Assembly (NCBI GenBank): GCA_963668695.2
Contig: CAXXLQ010000004.1
Coordinates: 3,616,001-3,680,000, forward strand
Source: Vicinamibacteria bacterium
GTDB taxonomy: Bacteria > Acidobacteriota > Vicinamibacteria > Marinacidobacterales > Marinacidobacteraceae
Direction of reading: 5' to 3'
Length of the DNA: 64,000 nucleotides
Made by a program: the position numbers and the translations under genes. Under the pieces are notes generated by a model. That model had not been told where the DNA came from, made no database searches, and saw only the letters and a list, made by a program, of their open reading frames with translations. Of the stretch, positions 30,729 through 40,666 are shown piece by piece (within the stretch, counting starts at the first letter, position 1; each line of letters opens with the position of its first letter).

Positions 30729-30856
30729 GCGGGCAGCGATGCTACGGCATTCGGATACCCTCCGATATCGGGTTGGGCGCCCCCGCTGCCCCGGTTCTTG
30801 CGCTCGCCTCATCGTTCCCGGGAGCTGACCGTCACCGTCTCTGTGCTCCAAACCCC

Positions 30857-31111
30857 ATGACCCCGCGACGTGCGCTGGTCTCCCGGATTCTGGAAGGCCG
30901 CTCGGGTGCGAACATTCGCTTCTCCGAACTGCTGCAACTTCTCCGGAACCTGAGATTCATCGAGCGAGTTCGGGGGAGTCACCACATATTCCGAAGAGCC
31001 AGGATCCGGGAACTTCTGACCCTTCAACGGGACAATGGTCTGGCGAAGCCCTATCAGGTCCGGCAGGTGCGCCAACTCCTCCTGAAGTACGATCTGGAGA
31101 CAGGCCAATGA
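30857..31111 (+). CDS. hicA: HicA family toxin
   Basis: NIRFSEL, RGSHHIF, AKPYQVRQV; ATGA-coupled to hicB. Confidence 0.85.
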   Translation: MTPRRALVSRILEGRSGANIRFSELLQLLRNLRFIERVRGSHHIFRRARIRELLTLQRDNGLAKPYQVRQVRQLLLKYDLETGQ

Positions 31112-31323
31112 CCTACAAATACGAGATCATCCTCTATTGGAGCCAGGTGGACGGCGCGTTCGTGGCTGAAGTCCCGGAGCTTCCCGGATGCATGGCCCAC
31201 GGCGACACGCAGGAAGGTGCCATCCGCAACATCAACGAGGCGATTGCTCTCTGGATCGCTACGGCCGAGGAGTTCGGCGACCCCGTCCCGGAGCCGAAAG
31301 GCGAACGCCTGATGCTGGCCTGA
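31108..31323 (+). CDS. hicB: HicB family antitoxin
   Basis: YEIILYWS..FVAEVPELPGCMAHGDT..PVPEPKG. Confidence 0.9.
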   Translation: MTYKYEIILYWSQVDGAFVAEVPELPGCMAHGDTQEGAIRNINEAIALWIATAEEFGDPVPEPKGERLMLA

Positions 31324-31414
31324 GGGAGCAGATCCCGAGACCATGGGTGACCAACGTCCCAAGCGCTCCGCCTGCGCTGGCACGATTCGAATTGGCGCCT
31401 GAATCTCGCCCTCC

Positions 31415-32086
31415 ATGCGCACCGTCCATTTCCTGACCATCGGACAGTCGCCGCGGCCGGACGTGGTGCCGGAGATTCTCGGCATGCTGGGGGATGCCGC
31501 AGCGACGATCACGGCCGTCGAAGCCGGGGCGCTCGACGGGCTCTCGCGAGAGGACGTGCGGGCGGGCGCACCGCGCGACGGCGAGATGCCGCTGGTTTCC
31601 CGGCTTCGGAGCGGCGAAGAGGTGGTGATCGGGGAGGACTTCGTCGAAGAGCGGATGGCGGCGCTCCTCACCGATATCCCGGCGGGCGATGTCGCGGCCA
31701 TCCTCTGCACCGGCCCCTTTCGCGGGATCCCGGAGCGGCCGGGACTCGTGAAGGCGGGCCCGATCTTCGACGCGACGCTCCGGGGCGCCACGCCTCCGGG
31801 GGCCACCGTGGGGATGCTGATCCCCGAACCGCGGCAGGAAGAAGATGCCCGCCGGCGGGTGCCGGATGGGTCCCGGTGCGTGATCGGCGTGGCGTCGCCC
31901 TATTCGGACGACGGGGTAGAGGAACGGCTGGCCGCGTGCTTTCGCGAGGCGGACGTCATCGGGTTGAACTGCCTGGGCTACAACGGGCCGCTGGAGGACG
32001 CCGTGCGACGCGCCACCGGGAAACCGGTGATCCTCGCCCGGCGGGCGCTGGCGGAGGCGGTGGGCCGGCTGGCGGCGGGCAGCTGA
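31415..32086 (+). CDS. AroM family protein
   Basis: LTIGQSPRPDVV, GALDGLS, LVSRLRSG, LCTG.F, ASPY, C.GY. Confidence 0.85.
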   Translation: MRTVHFLTIGQSPRPDVVPEILGMLGDAAATITAVEAGALDGLSREDVRAGAPRDGEMPLVSRLRSGEEVVIGEDFVEERMAALLTDIPAGDVAAILCTGPFRGIPERPGLVKAGPIFDATLRGATPPGATVGMLIPEPRQEEDARRRVPDGSRCVIGVASPYSDDGVEERLAACFREADVIGLNCLGYNGPLEDAVRRATGKPVILARRALAEAVGRLAAGS

Positions 32087-32110
32087 CGAATTCGCGCCTC
32101 GGCCTCCCGG

Positions 32111-32310
32111 ATGGCTACTAGTAGCAGTAACACCATCGGACCCGGTGAACTAGTAGCAGTAACACCGTCGGACCCAGTGAACTAGTAGCAGTAACGCCCT
32201 CTGCTGGACTGCTACTAGTAGCAGCAGCGCTGTCAGACCCGATGAACTAGTAGCAGTAGCACGGTCTGGCGGACTGCTACTAGTAGCAACGACACGGTCA
32301 GCCCGGGAAC
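32111..32310. repeat. Six-unit 32/33-bp tandem array built on ACTAGTAGCA
   Basis: CTAG at 32118, 32150, 32182, 32215, 32247, 32280. Confidence 0.9.
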
Positions 32311-32618
32311 CCTGAAGTCATCAACTTCGCGGAAAGAAGGCTCATCAGCGGGACGCAGGGTTCGCCAACGCGCGGGCGATGCCGGCCCCCCACCGGAGAG
32401 GACTGGCCGGATGGTGGCGTTCCCTTGCCTGCGGCACCATCATGCCGGCCGGAGGTCGGAGTTCCGCAAGAACACAATCGGATGTCAGCCGACCTTGTGT
32501 CTGTCCGGGCTTGCGTCCGTCCAAGCTCCGGATGGCCCAACTGGCCGACGGGCCGGCCCAGCAACCGGATGGCTTGCGGAAAGGCCATCATGCCTTACTT
32601 CCGTACGGAGATCCCGCC

Positions 32619-32870
32619 GTGGCCATCACGTTGACACTTACCCCCAACGGGCAGATCACCCTGCGCAAGGAAGTGCGCGAACACCTGGGAACGAGGCAGG
32701 GCGACAAGGTGGACGTGGACCTGCTGCCGGACGGGCAGGTCCTGCTCCGGGCGAAGCCCCGAAAGCCGATCTCGAGCGTTTTCGGCATGTTGGCGGAACC
32801 GGGAACGCGCCGGCGCTCCATTGAGGAACTGAACGAGGCTGCGGCCGCGGGATGGGCGCGTGAGGAGTGA
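32619..32870 (+). CDS. AbrB/MazE-type antitoxin
   Basis: TLTPNGQITLRKEVREHLG..GDKV; GGAG RBS. Confidence 0.85.
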   Translation: MAITLTLTPNGQITLRKEVREHLGTRQGDKVDVDLLPDGQVLLRAKPRKPISSVFGMLAEPGTRRRSIEELNEAAAAGWAREE

Positions 32871-32956
32871 AGATCACTGCCGATACCAACCTCCTGCTGC
32901 GCGCGACCGTGCAGGACGACCCGGCGCAGGCCCGCCTCGCAGAGGCTCTGGCGTGA
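32867..32956 (+). pseudogene. Truncated VapC/PIN toxin (29 aa)
   Basis: GTGA-coupled MKITADTNLLLRATVQDDPAQARLAEALA*; PIN N-terminal DTN motif only, then repeat DNA. Confidence 0.8.
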
Positions 32957-33029
32957 ACTGCCCGGTGGGGTAGATGCCGAGAGGTGCACTATCCCGGCAC
33001 TGGGAAGTACGCCGCCTCGCCCCGCTGCG

Positions 33030-33252
33030 CGGGGCGGTGCCGGGCCCCACCGGGAGAACTGCCCAGAGGTCGGCGTTCCAAGCCGTCCCCGCGATTCTCC
33101 TCAAACAGCGATGCGCGGTTTCGCTGGGCTTCGCCCAGCGGTGCCGGTCTGAAGACCGGCGTTCCCGTACCTGCGTCCCGTGCACCCGGTCGGCGATGGG
33201 CCCGCCCGCTGCGCTGCGCGCCGCGGTGCCGGTGTGAACACTGGTGTTCCCT
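33030..33252. repeat. Cluster of REP-like palindromes
   Basis: GCCGGTCTGAAGACCGGCGTTCCC, GCCGGTGTGAACACTGGTGTTCCC and a 20-mer-bearing variant. Confidence 0.65.
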
Positions 33253-33309
33253 TCACGGATACGATGGGAAGACCCAACCACCACCCCGCCACTCACGAGG
33301 AAAGAAGTC

Positions 33310-35316
33310 ATGCGTCTCGCTCGCCGCCACCCGTTCACCTCCGCGCTGGCCGCCGCGCTGCTCACCGGGGTCGCGGCCGCCCCCGCCGCGGGACAGCCCG
33401 CCGTACTGGAGTCCTTCCGTGCCCAGATCGCGCTGAAGTCGGCAGGCAGCCCCCGAATCTCGCCCGAGGGCAGGTTGATCGCGTATTCGGTGACCACGAC
33501 GGAATGGGAGGCCAACCGGTTCGACCGGGAGATCTGGCTGGCTCCACCGGACGGCGAGCCCTTCCAGCTCACCCGCACCGAAGCCGGGAGCAGCACCGGG
33601 CACCGCTGGTCTCCGGACGGGTCCCGCCTCGGCTTCCTCGCGGACCGCGGTGACGGCGAGCAGATCTACCTCATCCCCCCGGAGGGCGGCGAGGCCGAGC
33701 GGCTCACTTCGCACGACGGCGGCATCAGGTCGTTCCGCTTTTCGCCCGACGGTGGCCAGATCGCGTTCGCGGCCACCGACCCCGCTCCCGACGACTTCGA
33801 GGGGCGCGAGGAAAGCTACGGCGACTACGCCGTCGAAGACGCGGACTTCCGCATGTCCCACCTCTGGGTGACCGAGGTGCGAGCGGGAGCCGAGCCCCGC
33901 CGCCTGACCGGGGGAGACGGCTTCACGGTCGGATCGTTCGATTGGTCGCCGGACGGTCGCGAGATCGCGTTCGACCACACGCCCACGCCCCAGGTCAACT
34001 CGTCTCGACAGGCGGACATCTCGGTCGTCGAGGTGGCCACGGGAACGGTTCGGACGCTGGTCGCGGATCCCGCCCGCGAGCGCGGACCCATGTGGTCGCC
34101 GGACGGTGCGCGCATCCTCTTCACCACCTCGGCGGACGCGAACCCTTACTACGGAAACACCGAACTCGCGGTCATCCCGGCAGCAGGCGGCGAATCCCGC
34201 GTTCTGACCGCCGGTTTCGACGAAAACCCGTCCCCGCTGGCGTGGAACGACGCCGGCGTCTTCTTCGTCGCTTCGCAGCGCACCGCGCGCCACCTGTTCG
34301 TGCTGGACCCCGAATCGGGCGAAGTGACCCTCGAGTTGGACACCCCCGAGATGATCATGGCGGCGGACGTCTCGAGCGACGGCTCCACGCTGGCGATCCA
34401 GGGCGAGGACCGCACCACCGTCGCCGAGATCTACCGCAAGCCGCGCGGCGCCGGCGCGCCGGAGCGGGTCACCGACATGACCGCCCAGGTCGCCGGCTGG
34501 GGTGATCTGGGCAGCCGTGAAGTGGTGCGGTGGGAGAGCGAGGACGGCGCCGAGATCGAGGGGGTGCTCATGAAACCTCCCGGCTACGACCCCGGCCGCA
34601 CCTACCCGCTGATGGTGGTCATCCACGGAGGGCCGACCGGCACCTCCAGGCCGCAACTGGTCGGCGGCTACGTCTACCCCGTCCTCGAATGGCTGAAGAA
34701 GGGGGCCGTCGTGATGATGCCCAACTACCGCGGCTCGGCGGGCTACGGCGCCGAGTTCCGCGCGCTCAACGTGCGCAACCTCGGCGTCGGCGACGCGTGG
34801 GACGTTCTCTCCGGGGTCGAGGCCCTGGTGGAGCGGGGCGTCGCGGATCCGACCCGCGTCGCGGCGATGGGCTGGAGCCAGGGCGGCTACATCTCCGCCT
34901 TCCTCACCACCAGCAGCGACCGCTTCCGCGCGATCTCGGTGGGCGCCGGCATCTCCAACTGGATGACCTACTACGTGAACACCGACATCCACGCCTTCAC
35001 CCGCGAGTACCTGAAGGCGACCCCCTGGGACGACCCCGAGATCTACGCCAAGACCTCACCCATGACCTACATCAAGCAGGCCAGCACCCCGACGCTGATC
35101 CAGCATGGCGAGTTCGACGCCCGCGTCCCGACACCCAACGCCTACGAGCTGTACCAGGGACTCCAGGATGTCGGGGCCGAAACCCAGCTCATCATCTACA
35201 AGGGCTTCGGCCACGGGATCACGAAGCCGCGCGAGCGGCTCGCCGCGATGGTGCACAACTGGGAGTGGTTCGCCCGCCACATCTGGGGGGAAGCGGTCGA
35301 TCCCACCAGCGAGTGA
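33310..35316 (+). CDS. S9 family peptidase with PD40 beta-propeller
   Basis: WSPDG repeats; IHGGP, PNYRGSAGYG, GWSQGG, HGEFDARV, GHG. Confidence 0.93.
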   Translation: MRLARRHPFTSALAAALLTGVAAAPAAGQPAVLESFRAQIALKSAGSPRISPEGRLIAYSVTTTEWEANRFDREIWLAPPDGEPFQLTRTEAGSSTGHRWSPDGSRLGFLADRGDGEQIYLIPPEGGEAERLTSHDGGIRSFRFSPDGGQIAFAATDPAPDDFEGREESYGDYAVEDADFRMSHLWVTEVRAGAEPRRLTGGDGFTVGSFDWSPDGREIAFDHTPTPQVNSSRQADISVVEVATGTVRTLVADPARERGPMWSPDGARILFTTSADANPYYGNTELAVIPAAGGESRVLTAGFDENPSPLAWNDAGVFFVASQRTARHLFVLDPESGEVTLELDTPEMIMAADVSSDGSTLAIQGEDRTTVAEIYRKPRGAGAPERVTDMTAQVAGWGDLGSREVVRWESEDGAEIEGVLMKPPGYDPGRTYPLMVVIHGGPTGTSRPQLVGGYVYPVLEWLKKGAVVMMPNYRGSAGYGAEFRALNVRNLGVGDAWDVLSGVEALVERGVADPTRVAAMGWSQGGYISAFLTTSSDRFRAISVGAGISNWMTYYVNTDIHAFTREYLKATPWDDPEIYAKTSPMTYIKQASTPTLIQHGEFDARVPTPNAYELYQGLQDVGAETQLIIYKGFGHGITKPRERLAAMVHNWEWFARHIWGEAVDPTSE

Positions 35317-35451
35317 GCGCGGCGCACTTCTAGCCGTCCCCGCGCTTTCTTCCGGTCGCGGTGGGCGTTTCGCCCCCTGTGGGGGCGATGCCGGTCTGAA
35401 GGCCCGCACCGGGAGAACTGGCCGGCGCTCCGGGCCCATACTTGGCGACGC

Positions 35452-37032
35452 ATGGCTGAGGTGAGCGGGAAGCGGCATCCGAGCCTGTTCGAGCCGGCGA
35501 CGCTGTTGTTCGGCGCGGCCCTCGCGCTGCTCGGCGCGGTGATCGGCATGGAGCTGCTGACCCGGGTCGGGATCACCCCGAACAGCTCGATCATCGCCGC
35601 CGTCATCGCCATCGCGGTGGGGCGGCTGCCGCTCGCGGTCACCCGCCGGTTCCGCAGCACCGCCCGGCAGAACCTGCTGCAGACGGTCATTTCGGCCGCC
35701 ACCTTCGGAGGCGCGAACGCCGTCCTCCTCCCGGCCGGGATGGTGTGGCTCTTCGGACGGCCGGATCTGGTCCCCGCGATGATCTTCGGGGCGGTACTGG
35801 GCGCGCTCCTCGACATCGCCATGCTCTACCGGCTCTTCGGCAGCCAGGCGTTTCCCGCGGAGGGCCTCTGGCCGTCGGGAATCGCCACCGCGGAATGCCT
35901 CCGGGCGGGAGACGAAGGCGGCAAGCGAGCGGCGCTCCTCGTCACCGGGGGGGCGCTCGGAGCGCTCGGCCGCCTCGCCGGGATACCGACCGACATCGTG
36001 GGGGTCTGCTGGATCGGAAACCAGGTGGCGCTCCTGATGTTCGGGCTCGGGCTCCTCGCCCGCGGCTACGCCCCCGAATTCCTCAGCGTGGACCTTGCCG
36101 CGATCCACGCGCCCCACGGGGTGATGATCGGCGCCGGCGCGGTCGCGCTCTGGCAGATGGGGCGTGCGGTGCGGGGAGCCAAAGCCTCCGACCCGGCGGC
36201 GCCAAACCAACCGCCCCGGGCCGGTCTCTCGACCTTCGCAACCGGCTACGCGGCCTTCGCGGGCGCCGCCGCGATCGTGGCCCTGCTCGCCGGGCTCGCC
36301 ACCGGGATGGGCGCCGCCGGAATCCTCGCCTTCAGCGCCTTCGCGGCGGCCGCGGCCCTCATTTCGGAACTGCTGGTGGGCGTCGCCGCGATGCATTCGG
36401 GCTGGTTCCCGGCGTTCGCCACTTCGCTCATCTTCCTGCTGCTCGGAATGCTGCTCGGGTTTCCGCCGCTCGCGCTGGTCGTTCTCGCCGGGTTCGCTTC
36501 GGCGACCGGACCCGCGTTCGCCGACATGGGCTACGACCTGAAGGCCGGCTGGATCCTGCGGGGCGAAGGCAAGGATCCGGACTACGAGCGGGCCGGGCGG
36601 CGAGCCCAGCGAAGCGCCGAGGTGTTCGGGCTGCTCGTCGCTTCCGGACTCGTCCTGATGACCTACACCGCCTACTTCGAGGCGGACCTCTTCCCGCCCT
36701 ACGACCGGGTGGCGGTCGCGACCATCGCCGCCGGCCAGAACCCCGACCTCGCAGGGCAGCTTGCGCTCTGGATGGTTCCCGGCGCGATCCTGCAGTTCCT
36801 CGGCGGACCGAAGCGGCAGATGGGGGTCCTCTTCGCGACCGGCCTCCTGATCGTGAACCCGGTGGCCGGCTGGACCGCCCTCGCCGCGCTCTTCGTCCGG
36901 CGCCTCGTGAGCTGGCGTACCGGAGACCGGTTCGACTCCCAGCGCTACATGCTGGCCGGAGGGCTCATCGCCGGCAGCGCCCTGATGAGCTTTTCGTCCG
37001 GGGTCGCCTCCGGGATGTTCAGCCGCCGGTGA
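35452..37032 (+). CDS. OPT/YSL family oligopeptide transporter
   Basis: GITPNSSIIAA, QNLLQTVISAATFG, AMHSGWFP, GPAFADMGYDLK; many TM segments. Confidence 0.82.
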   Translation: MAEVSGKRHPSLFEPATLLFGAALALLGAVIGMELLTRVGITPNSSIIAAVIAIAVGRLPLAVTRRFRSTARQNLLQTVISAATFGGANAVLLPAGMVWLFGRPDLVPAMIFGAVLGALLDIAMLYRLFGSQAFPAEGLWPSGIATAECLRAGDEGGKRAALLVTGGALGALGRLAGIPTDIVGVCWIGNQVALLMFGLGLLARGYAPEFLSVDLAAIHAPHGVMIGAGAVALWQMGRAVRGAKASDPAAPNQPPRAGLSTFATGYAAFAGAAAIVALLAGLATGMGAAGILAFSAFAAAAALISELLVGVAAMHSGWFPAFATSLIFLLLGMLLGFPPLALVVLAGFASATGPAFADMGYDLKAGWILRGEGKDPDYERAGRRAQRSAEVFGLLVASGLVLMTYTAYFEADLFPPYDRVAVATIAAGQNPDLAGQLALWMVPGAILQFLGGPKRQMGVLFATGLLIVNPVAGWTALAALFVRRLVSWRTGDRFDSQRYMLAGGLIAGSALMSFSSGVASGMFSRR

Positions 37033-37077
37033 CGGGGCGGTTAACAGGGCGGTTAACAGGGCGGTACCATCCTCGGG

Positions 37078-37944
37078 ATGTCCCGAGGCGGCCTGCGCGC
37101 GGGCGCCGGACTGGCCGCGCTCGCTTTCCTGAACCTTTCAGGGTGCGGCGAGGGCCAGCAGAACGAAGGTCCGCGCCCCCTGGTGGTGGCAGCCGACGTG
37201 GGCTTCGCCCCGCACGCGATGATGGCGCCGAACGGCGAGCTGGAAGGCTTCAACGTGGATCTCGCGCGGGAGATCGCGGCCCGGCTCGGCCGGCCGGGCT
37301 TCGAGATCGTCGACTCCGAGTGGTCGTCCATCTTCTCGGGGCTCTACGCGAAGAAGTTCGAGTTCGTGATCGCCCCCACCACGATCACCGAGGGGCGGGC
37401 CCGGCGCGTGCTGCTCACCGAGGGCTATCTGGACACCGACCCGGTCTTTCTCCGCCGCAACGATGACCCCGAGCTGACCGACCTCGCCCAGCTCCAGGGA
37501 CAGTCGATCGCGGTGAACAACGGCTCGGCCTACGACCTCTGGGCGACCGACAACTACGAAGCGCTCGGCTTCGAGGTGCTGCGCTACGGAAAGAACGCGG
37601 ACGCGGTGCAGGCGGTGCTTTCGGGGCGGGCGTTCGCCAACCTGGTGGGCGAGTCGGTCGCCATGTGGGCCATCCGCCAGAACGCCGGGGTGCGGGCCGA
37701 CTACCGCATCCGGGCCGAAACCGCCTTCGCCGCAGCGTTCCGGAACGACGACGTCGCGTTCCGCAACGAGGTCGAGACCATTCTCGAGTGCATGAAGGCG
37801 GACGGGACGATCGCGCGGATCCACCGCGAATGGCTGGGTACCGATCCGGCGCCCGGCTCGGCCGCGGTGACTCCCTATCCCGGATTCGGGCCGCCGGGGC
37901 TCCCCGGATTCATGGCGACCCCGGACCGGAAGCCCTGCGAGTAG
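37078..37944 (+). CDS. Polar amino-acid ABC transporter substrate-binding lipoprotein
   Basis: Lipobox LSGC; GFNVDL, TITEGR, DGTIARIHREW. Confidence 0.88.
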   Translation: MSRGGLRAGAGLAALAFLNLSGCGEGQQNEGPRPLVVAADVGFAPHAMMAPNGELEGFNVDLAREIAARLGRPGFEIVDSEWSSIFSGLYAKKFEFVIAPTTITEGRARRVLLTEGYLDTDPVFLRRNDDPELTDLAQLQGQSIAVNNGSAYDLWATDNYEALGFEVLRYGKNADAVQAVLSGRAFANLVGESVAMWAIRQNAGVRADYRIRAETAFAAAFRNDDVAFRNEVETILECMKADGTIARIHREWLGTDPAPGSAAVTPYPGFGPPGLPGFMATPDRKPCE

Positions 37945-37950
37945 CACCTC

Positions 37951-38724
37951 GTGGGCGAAGTCGCGCGAGCGCCGGGCGACTTCGCCCACGGGGTGCTCAA
38001 TCCGGTTCTCGAGCTCCGGGGGGTCGGGAAGACCTTCGCCGGCATCCCTGCCCTCCGGGACATCCACCTCGCGGTCGGCGACTCGGAACTCGTGGCGCTC
38101 ATCGGGCCCTCGGGTTCGGGGAAGAGCACCCTGCTCCGCTGCTGCAACCGGCTCGCCGAGCCCGACGCCGGCGAGGTCTTCTTCGAAGGCCGTCCGGTCC
38201 CGGCGGCGGGCAGCGAACTCGCGTCCGTGCGAAGGCGCATGGGCATGGTCTTCCAGGCGTTCAACCTCTACCCGCACCTGACCGCGCTCCAAAACGCCGC
38301 GCTCGCTCCGCGCCGCGCGGCAGGGCTCACCCAGAGCGACGCCGAGGCGGCCGCCCGGGAGGCGCTCGAACGCGTGGGGCTCGGGGACCGGACCGGCGCC
38401 ATGCCCGACGAACTCTCGGGCGGCCAGCAGCAGCGGGTCGCTATCGCGCGGGCGCTGGCGCTCCGTCCCCACATCCTGCTGCTCGACGAGCCCACGAGCG
38501 CCCTCGACCCCGAACTCGTGGGCAGCGTGCTCCGGGTGATCCGGTCGCTCAAGGAGGACGGGGTCGCGATGCTGATCGCCACCCACGAGATCAGCTTCGC
38601 CCGGGAGGCCGCCGACCGGATCGCCTTCCTCGCCGACGGGCGGATCCTCGAGATCGGCCCGCCGGAGGAAATCCTCGACCAGCCGAAGAGCGAACGGCTC
38701 CAGAGCTTCCTGAGCCGGCTTTAA
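37951..38724 (+). CDS. Polar amino-acid ABC transporter ATPase
   Basis: GPSGSGKST, LSGGQQQRVAIARAL, DEPTSALDPE. Confidence 0.93.
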   Translation: MGEVARAPGDFAHGVLNPVLELRGVGKTFAGIPALRDIHLAVGDSELVALIGPSGSGKSTLLRCCNRLAEPDAGEVFFEGRPVPAAGSELASVRRRMGMVFQAFNLYPHLTALQNAALAPRRAAGLTQSDAEAAAREALERVGLGDRTGAMPDELSGGQQQRVAIARALALRPHILLLDEPTSALDPELVGSVLRVIRSLKEDGVAMLIATHEISFAREAADRIAFLADGRILEIGPPEEILDQPKSERLQSFLSRL

Positions 38725-38943
38725 CAACCTGTGATGAAACCCGAGCGGCCCAGTTCTCCCGGTGGGGGCTCGGCCGGCGATCCATCCCGGCTGAACCACT
38801 GCGCTTCGCTCCGTTCTGCGTTGCGTTTCGGTCGCAATACACCCGGGCCAGTTCTCCCGGTGGGGGCTCCTCCCTCACGCGCCTTGTCAGCCGGGCGCCT
38901 CGCCGGCCTCGGCGCTCACCCGGGTTCCACCACAGGCTGTTGA
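38721..38943. mobile_element. Hairpin MITE-like element, copy G, inside the ABC operon
   Basis: TTAA-CAACCTGTGATGAAACCCG...CGGGTTCCACCACAGGCTG-TTGA; left flank is the ATPase stop. Confidence 0.8.
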
Positions 38944-38956
38944 GGCGCTTCCAGCG

Positions 38957-39625
38957 ATGCGGATCTTCTTCGACCCGGAGGTCCTCGCCGCCGCCTGGCC
39001 GGGCATCCGTTCGGGGCTCGGGGTAACGCTCGGGCTGGCGCTCTCCTCGATCACCGCCGGAGTCGCGCTCGGGCTGCTGCTCGCGACGATGCGGGCCCTC
39101 CTCCGGGGGGCGCCGCTCCGCCCCATCAGCGGCCTGATCGCCGCCTACGCCGACATCTTCCGGGCCATGCCGCCGCTCGTCCTGCTGGTGGTCCTCTACT
39201 TCGCCGCGCCGTTCGCCGGGATCGAGCTGAGTGGGTTCATGGCGTCCTTCGTGGCGCTCGGGCTCGTGCTCGGCGCTTCCGCCGAAGAGATCTTCTGGGC
39301 CGGGATCACCTCGGTGAACCGGGGCCAGTGGGAGGCCGCGCTCTCCACCGGCCTGAGCCGCGGCACCGTGCTCCGCCAGGTGGTCCTGCCGCAGGCGCTT
39401 CGGCTCACGATCCCCCCGCTCACCAACCGGGCGATCGCCACCGGCAAGAACACCGCGCTCGCTTCGGTGGTGGCGGTGCCCGAGGTACTGAACCAGGCCG
39501 CGAGCATCCAGGCGCAGACCGCGAGTCCGGCGCCGCTCCTGCTCGCCGCGGGGGTCTATGTGGCCCTCTTCCTGCCCCTGGTCCGCGTGGGGCGCTGGCT
39601 GGAGACCCGCTTCCCCACCCGCTGA
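38957..39625 (+). CDS. Amino-acid ABC transporter permease
   Basis: GQWEAALSTGL EAA loop; VVLPQA; KNTALASVV. Confidence 0.9.
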   Translation: MRIFFDPEVLAAAWPGIRSGLGVTLGLALSSITAGVALGLLLATMRALLRGAPLRPISGLIAAYADIFRAMPPLVLLVVLYFAAPFAGIELSGFMASFVALGLVLGASAEEIFWAGITSVNRGQWEAALSTGLSRGTVLRQVVLPQALRLTIPPLTNRAIATGKNTALASVVAVPEVLNQAASIQAQTASPAPLLLAAGVYVALFLPLVRVGRWLETRFPTR

Positions 39626-39631
39626 GCCGCC

Positions 39632-40303
39632 GTGTCCGAGTTCTTCCAGACCTTCCTGAACCTCGAGGTCATGGCGGAGAGCTCCGGGCTCTTGCTGCGC
39701 GGACTGGTCGTGACCCTGGAGGCGTGTCTCATCGTGGTCCCCGGGGGGCTCTTCTTCGGGGCGGCGCTCGCCCTCTCCCACACGCTCGCCCCCGCGTCAG
39801 CGACCCGGATCCTCTCTTGGGGAGTCGATCTCGTGCGCGCCTTCCCGCCGCTGGTGCTGCTGGTGCTGGTCGTCCACGGCCTCCCCTTCCTGGGGTTCGA
39901 ACCGCCGCCGCTCCTCGGCGTCGGGATCGCGCTCACTATCAACACCTCGACCTACTACGGAGAGATCCTGCGGGCCGGCATCGAGAGCATCGAGCCGACC
40001 CAGTGGGAGGCGGCGCGCTCCACCGGCCTCGGAACCGCCGCCACCCTCCGCTACGTGGTGCTTCCCCAGGGAATCCGGAACGTGCTCCCCGACCTCGCGG
40101 GAAACACCCTGGAAGCCGTGAAGCTGACCTCGCTGGCCAGCGTAGTGGCGCTCCCCGACCTGCTGCGGATGGCGCGGGTGGCGCAGGGGGTCCACTTCAA
40201 CCCGTCGCCGCTGATCCTCGCCGCGCTCCTGTATCTCGCGATCCTCTGGCCGCTCGTCCGGCTGGTGCGGCGCCTTGGGGGCCGGGCGGTGCTGCCGGCC
40301 TAG
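39632..40303 (+). CDS. Amino-acid ABC transporter permease
   Basis: EILRAGIESI..QWEAARSTGL; KLTSLASVV. Confidence 0.9.
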   Translation: MSEFFQTFLNLEVMAESSGLLLRGLVVTLEACLIVVPGGLFFGAALALSHTLAPASATRILSWGVDLVRAFPPLVLLVLVVHGLPFLGFEPPPLLGVGIALTINTSTYYGEILRAGIESIEPTQWEAARSTGLGTAATLRYVVLPQGIRNVLPDLAGNTLEAVKLTSLASVVALPDLLRMARVAQGVHFNPSPLILAALLYLAILWPLVRLVRRLGGRAVLPA

Positions 40304-40402
40304 CGGATCAGTCCGGGCAGGTCGCCGAAGCGCACCAAGGGGAAATTACGACGGAATTCCGTCCCCGGGCGGCGGCGCCTGGGCCATGGGAGGCGTGCTA
40401 AG

Positions 40403-40666
40403 GTGAAAGTCATGGATGTCGACCCCCGCGAGGAACTTCAGCGCCTCGTCGCCCGGTTGCCGGAGCCCATCGTCCCCGCAGCGCTCCGTGCCGTCACGGA
40501 ATTGGCCGTCCAGCGCGATCCCTTCCTGGCCCACGTCCTGGCGGCCGAAGAGGACGATGAGGAGTTGAACGAAGTCGGACGGCGAATGCTGGCAGAGGCC
40601 CAGGACGATTCCCAGGCCGGAAAAACGCATTCCCTGGAGGAAGTGGAGCGGGAGCTGGGCCTTTGA
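40403..40666 (+). CDS. Putative antitoxin of a RelE-type TA pair
   Basis: Small acidic protein ending AGKTHSLEEVERELGL; TTGA overlap with the toxin start. Confidence 0.75.
   Translation: MKVMDVDPREELQRLVARLPEPIVPAALRAVTELAVQRDPFLAHVLAAEEDDEELNEVGRRMLAEAQDDSQAGKTHSLEEVERELGL

Noticed and set aside
32111-32310. CRISPR mini-array
   Set aside because: Constant part is only ~10-14 bp, the intervening segments are homologous to each other, and no cas genes are present
37033-37063. 12-bp tandem repeat TTAACAGGGCGG, resembling the element end TTAACAG
   Set aside because: Only about 2.5 units with no partner arm or core; probably slippage
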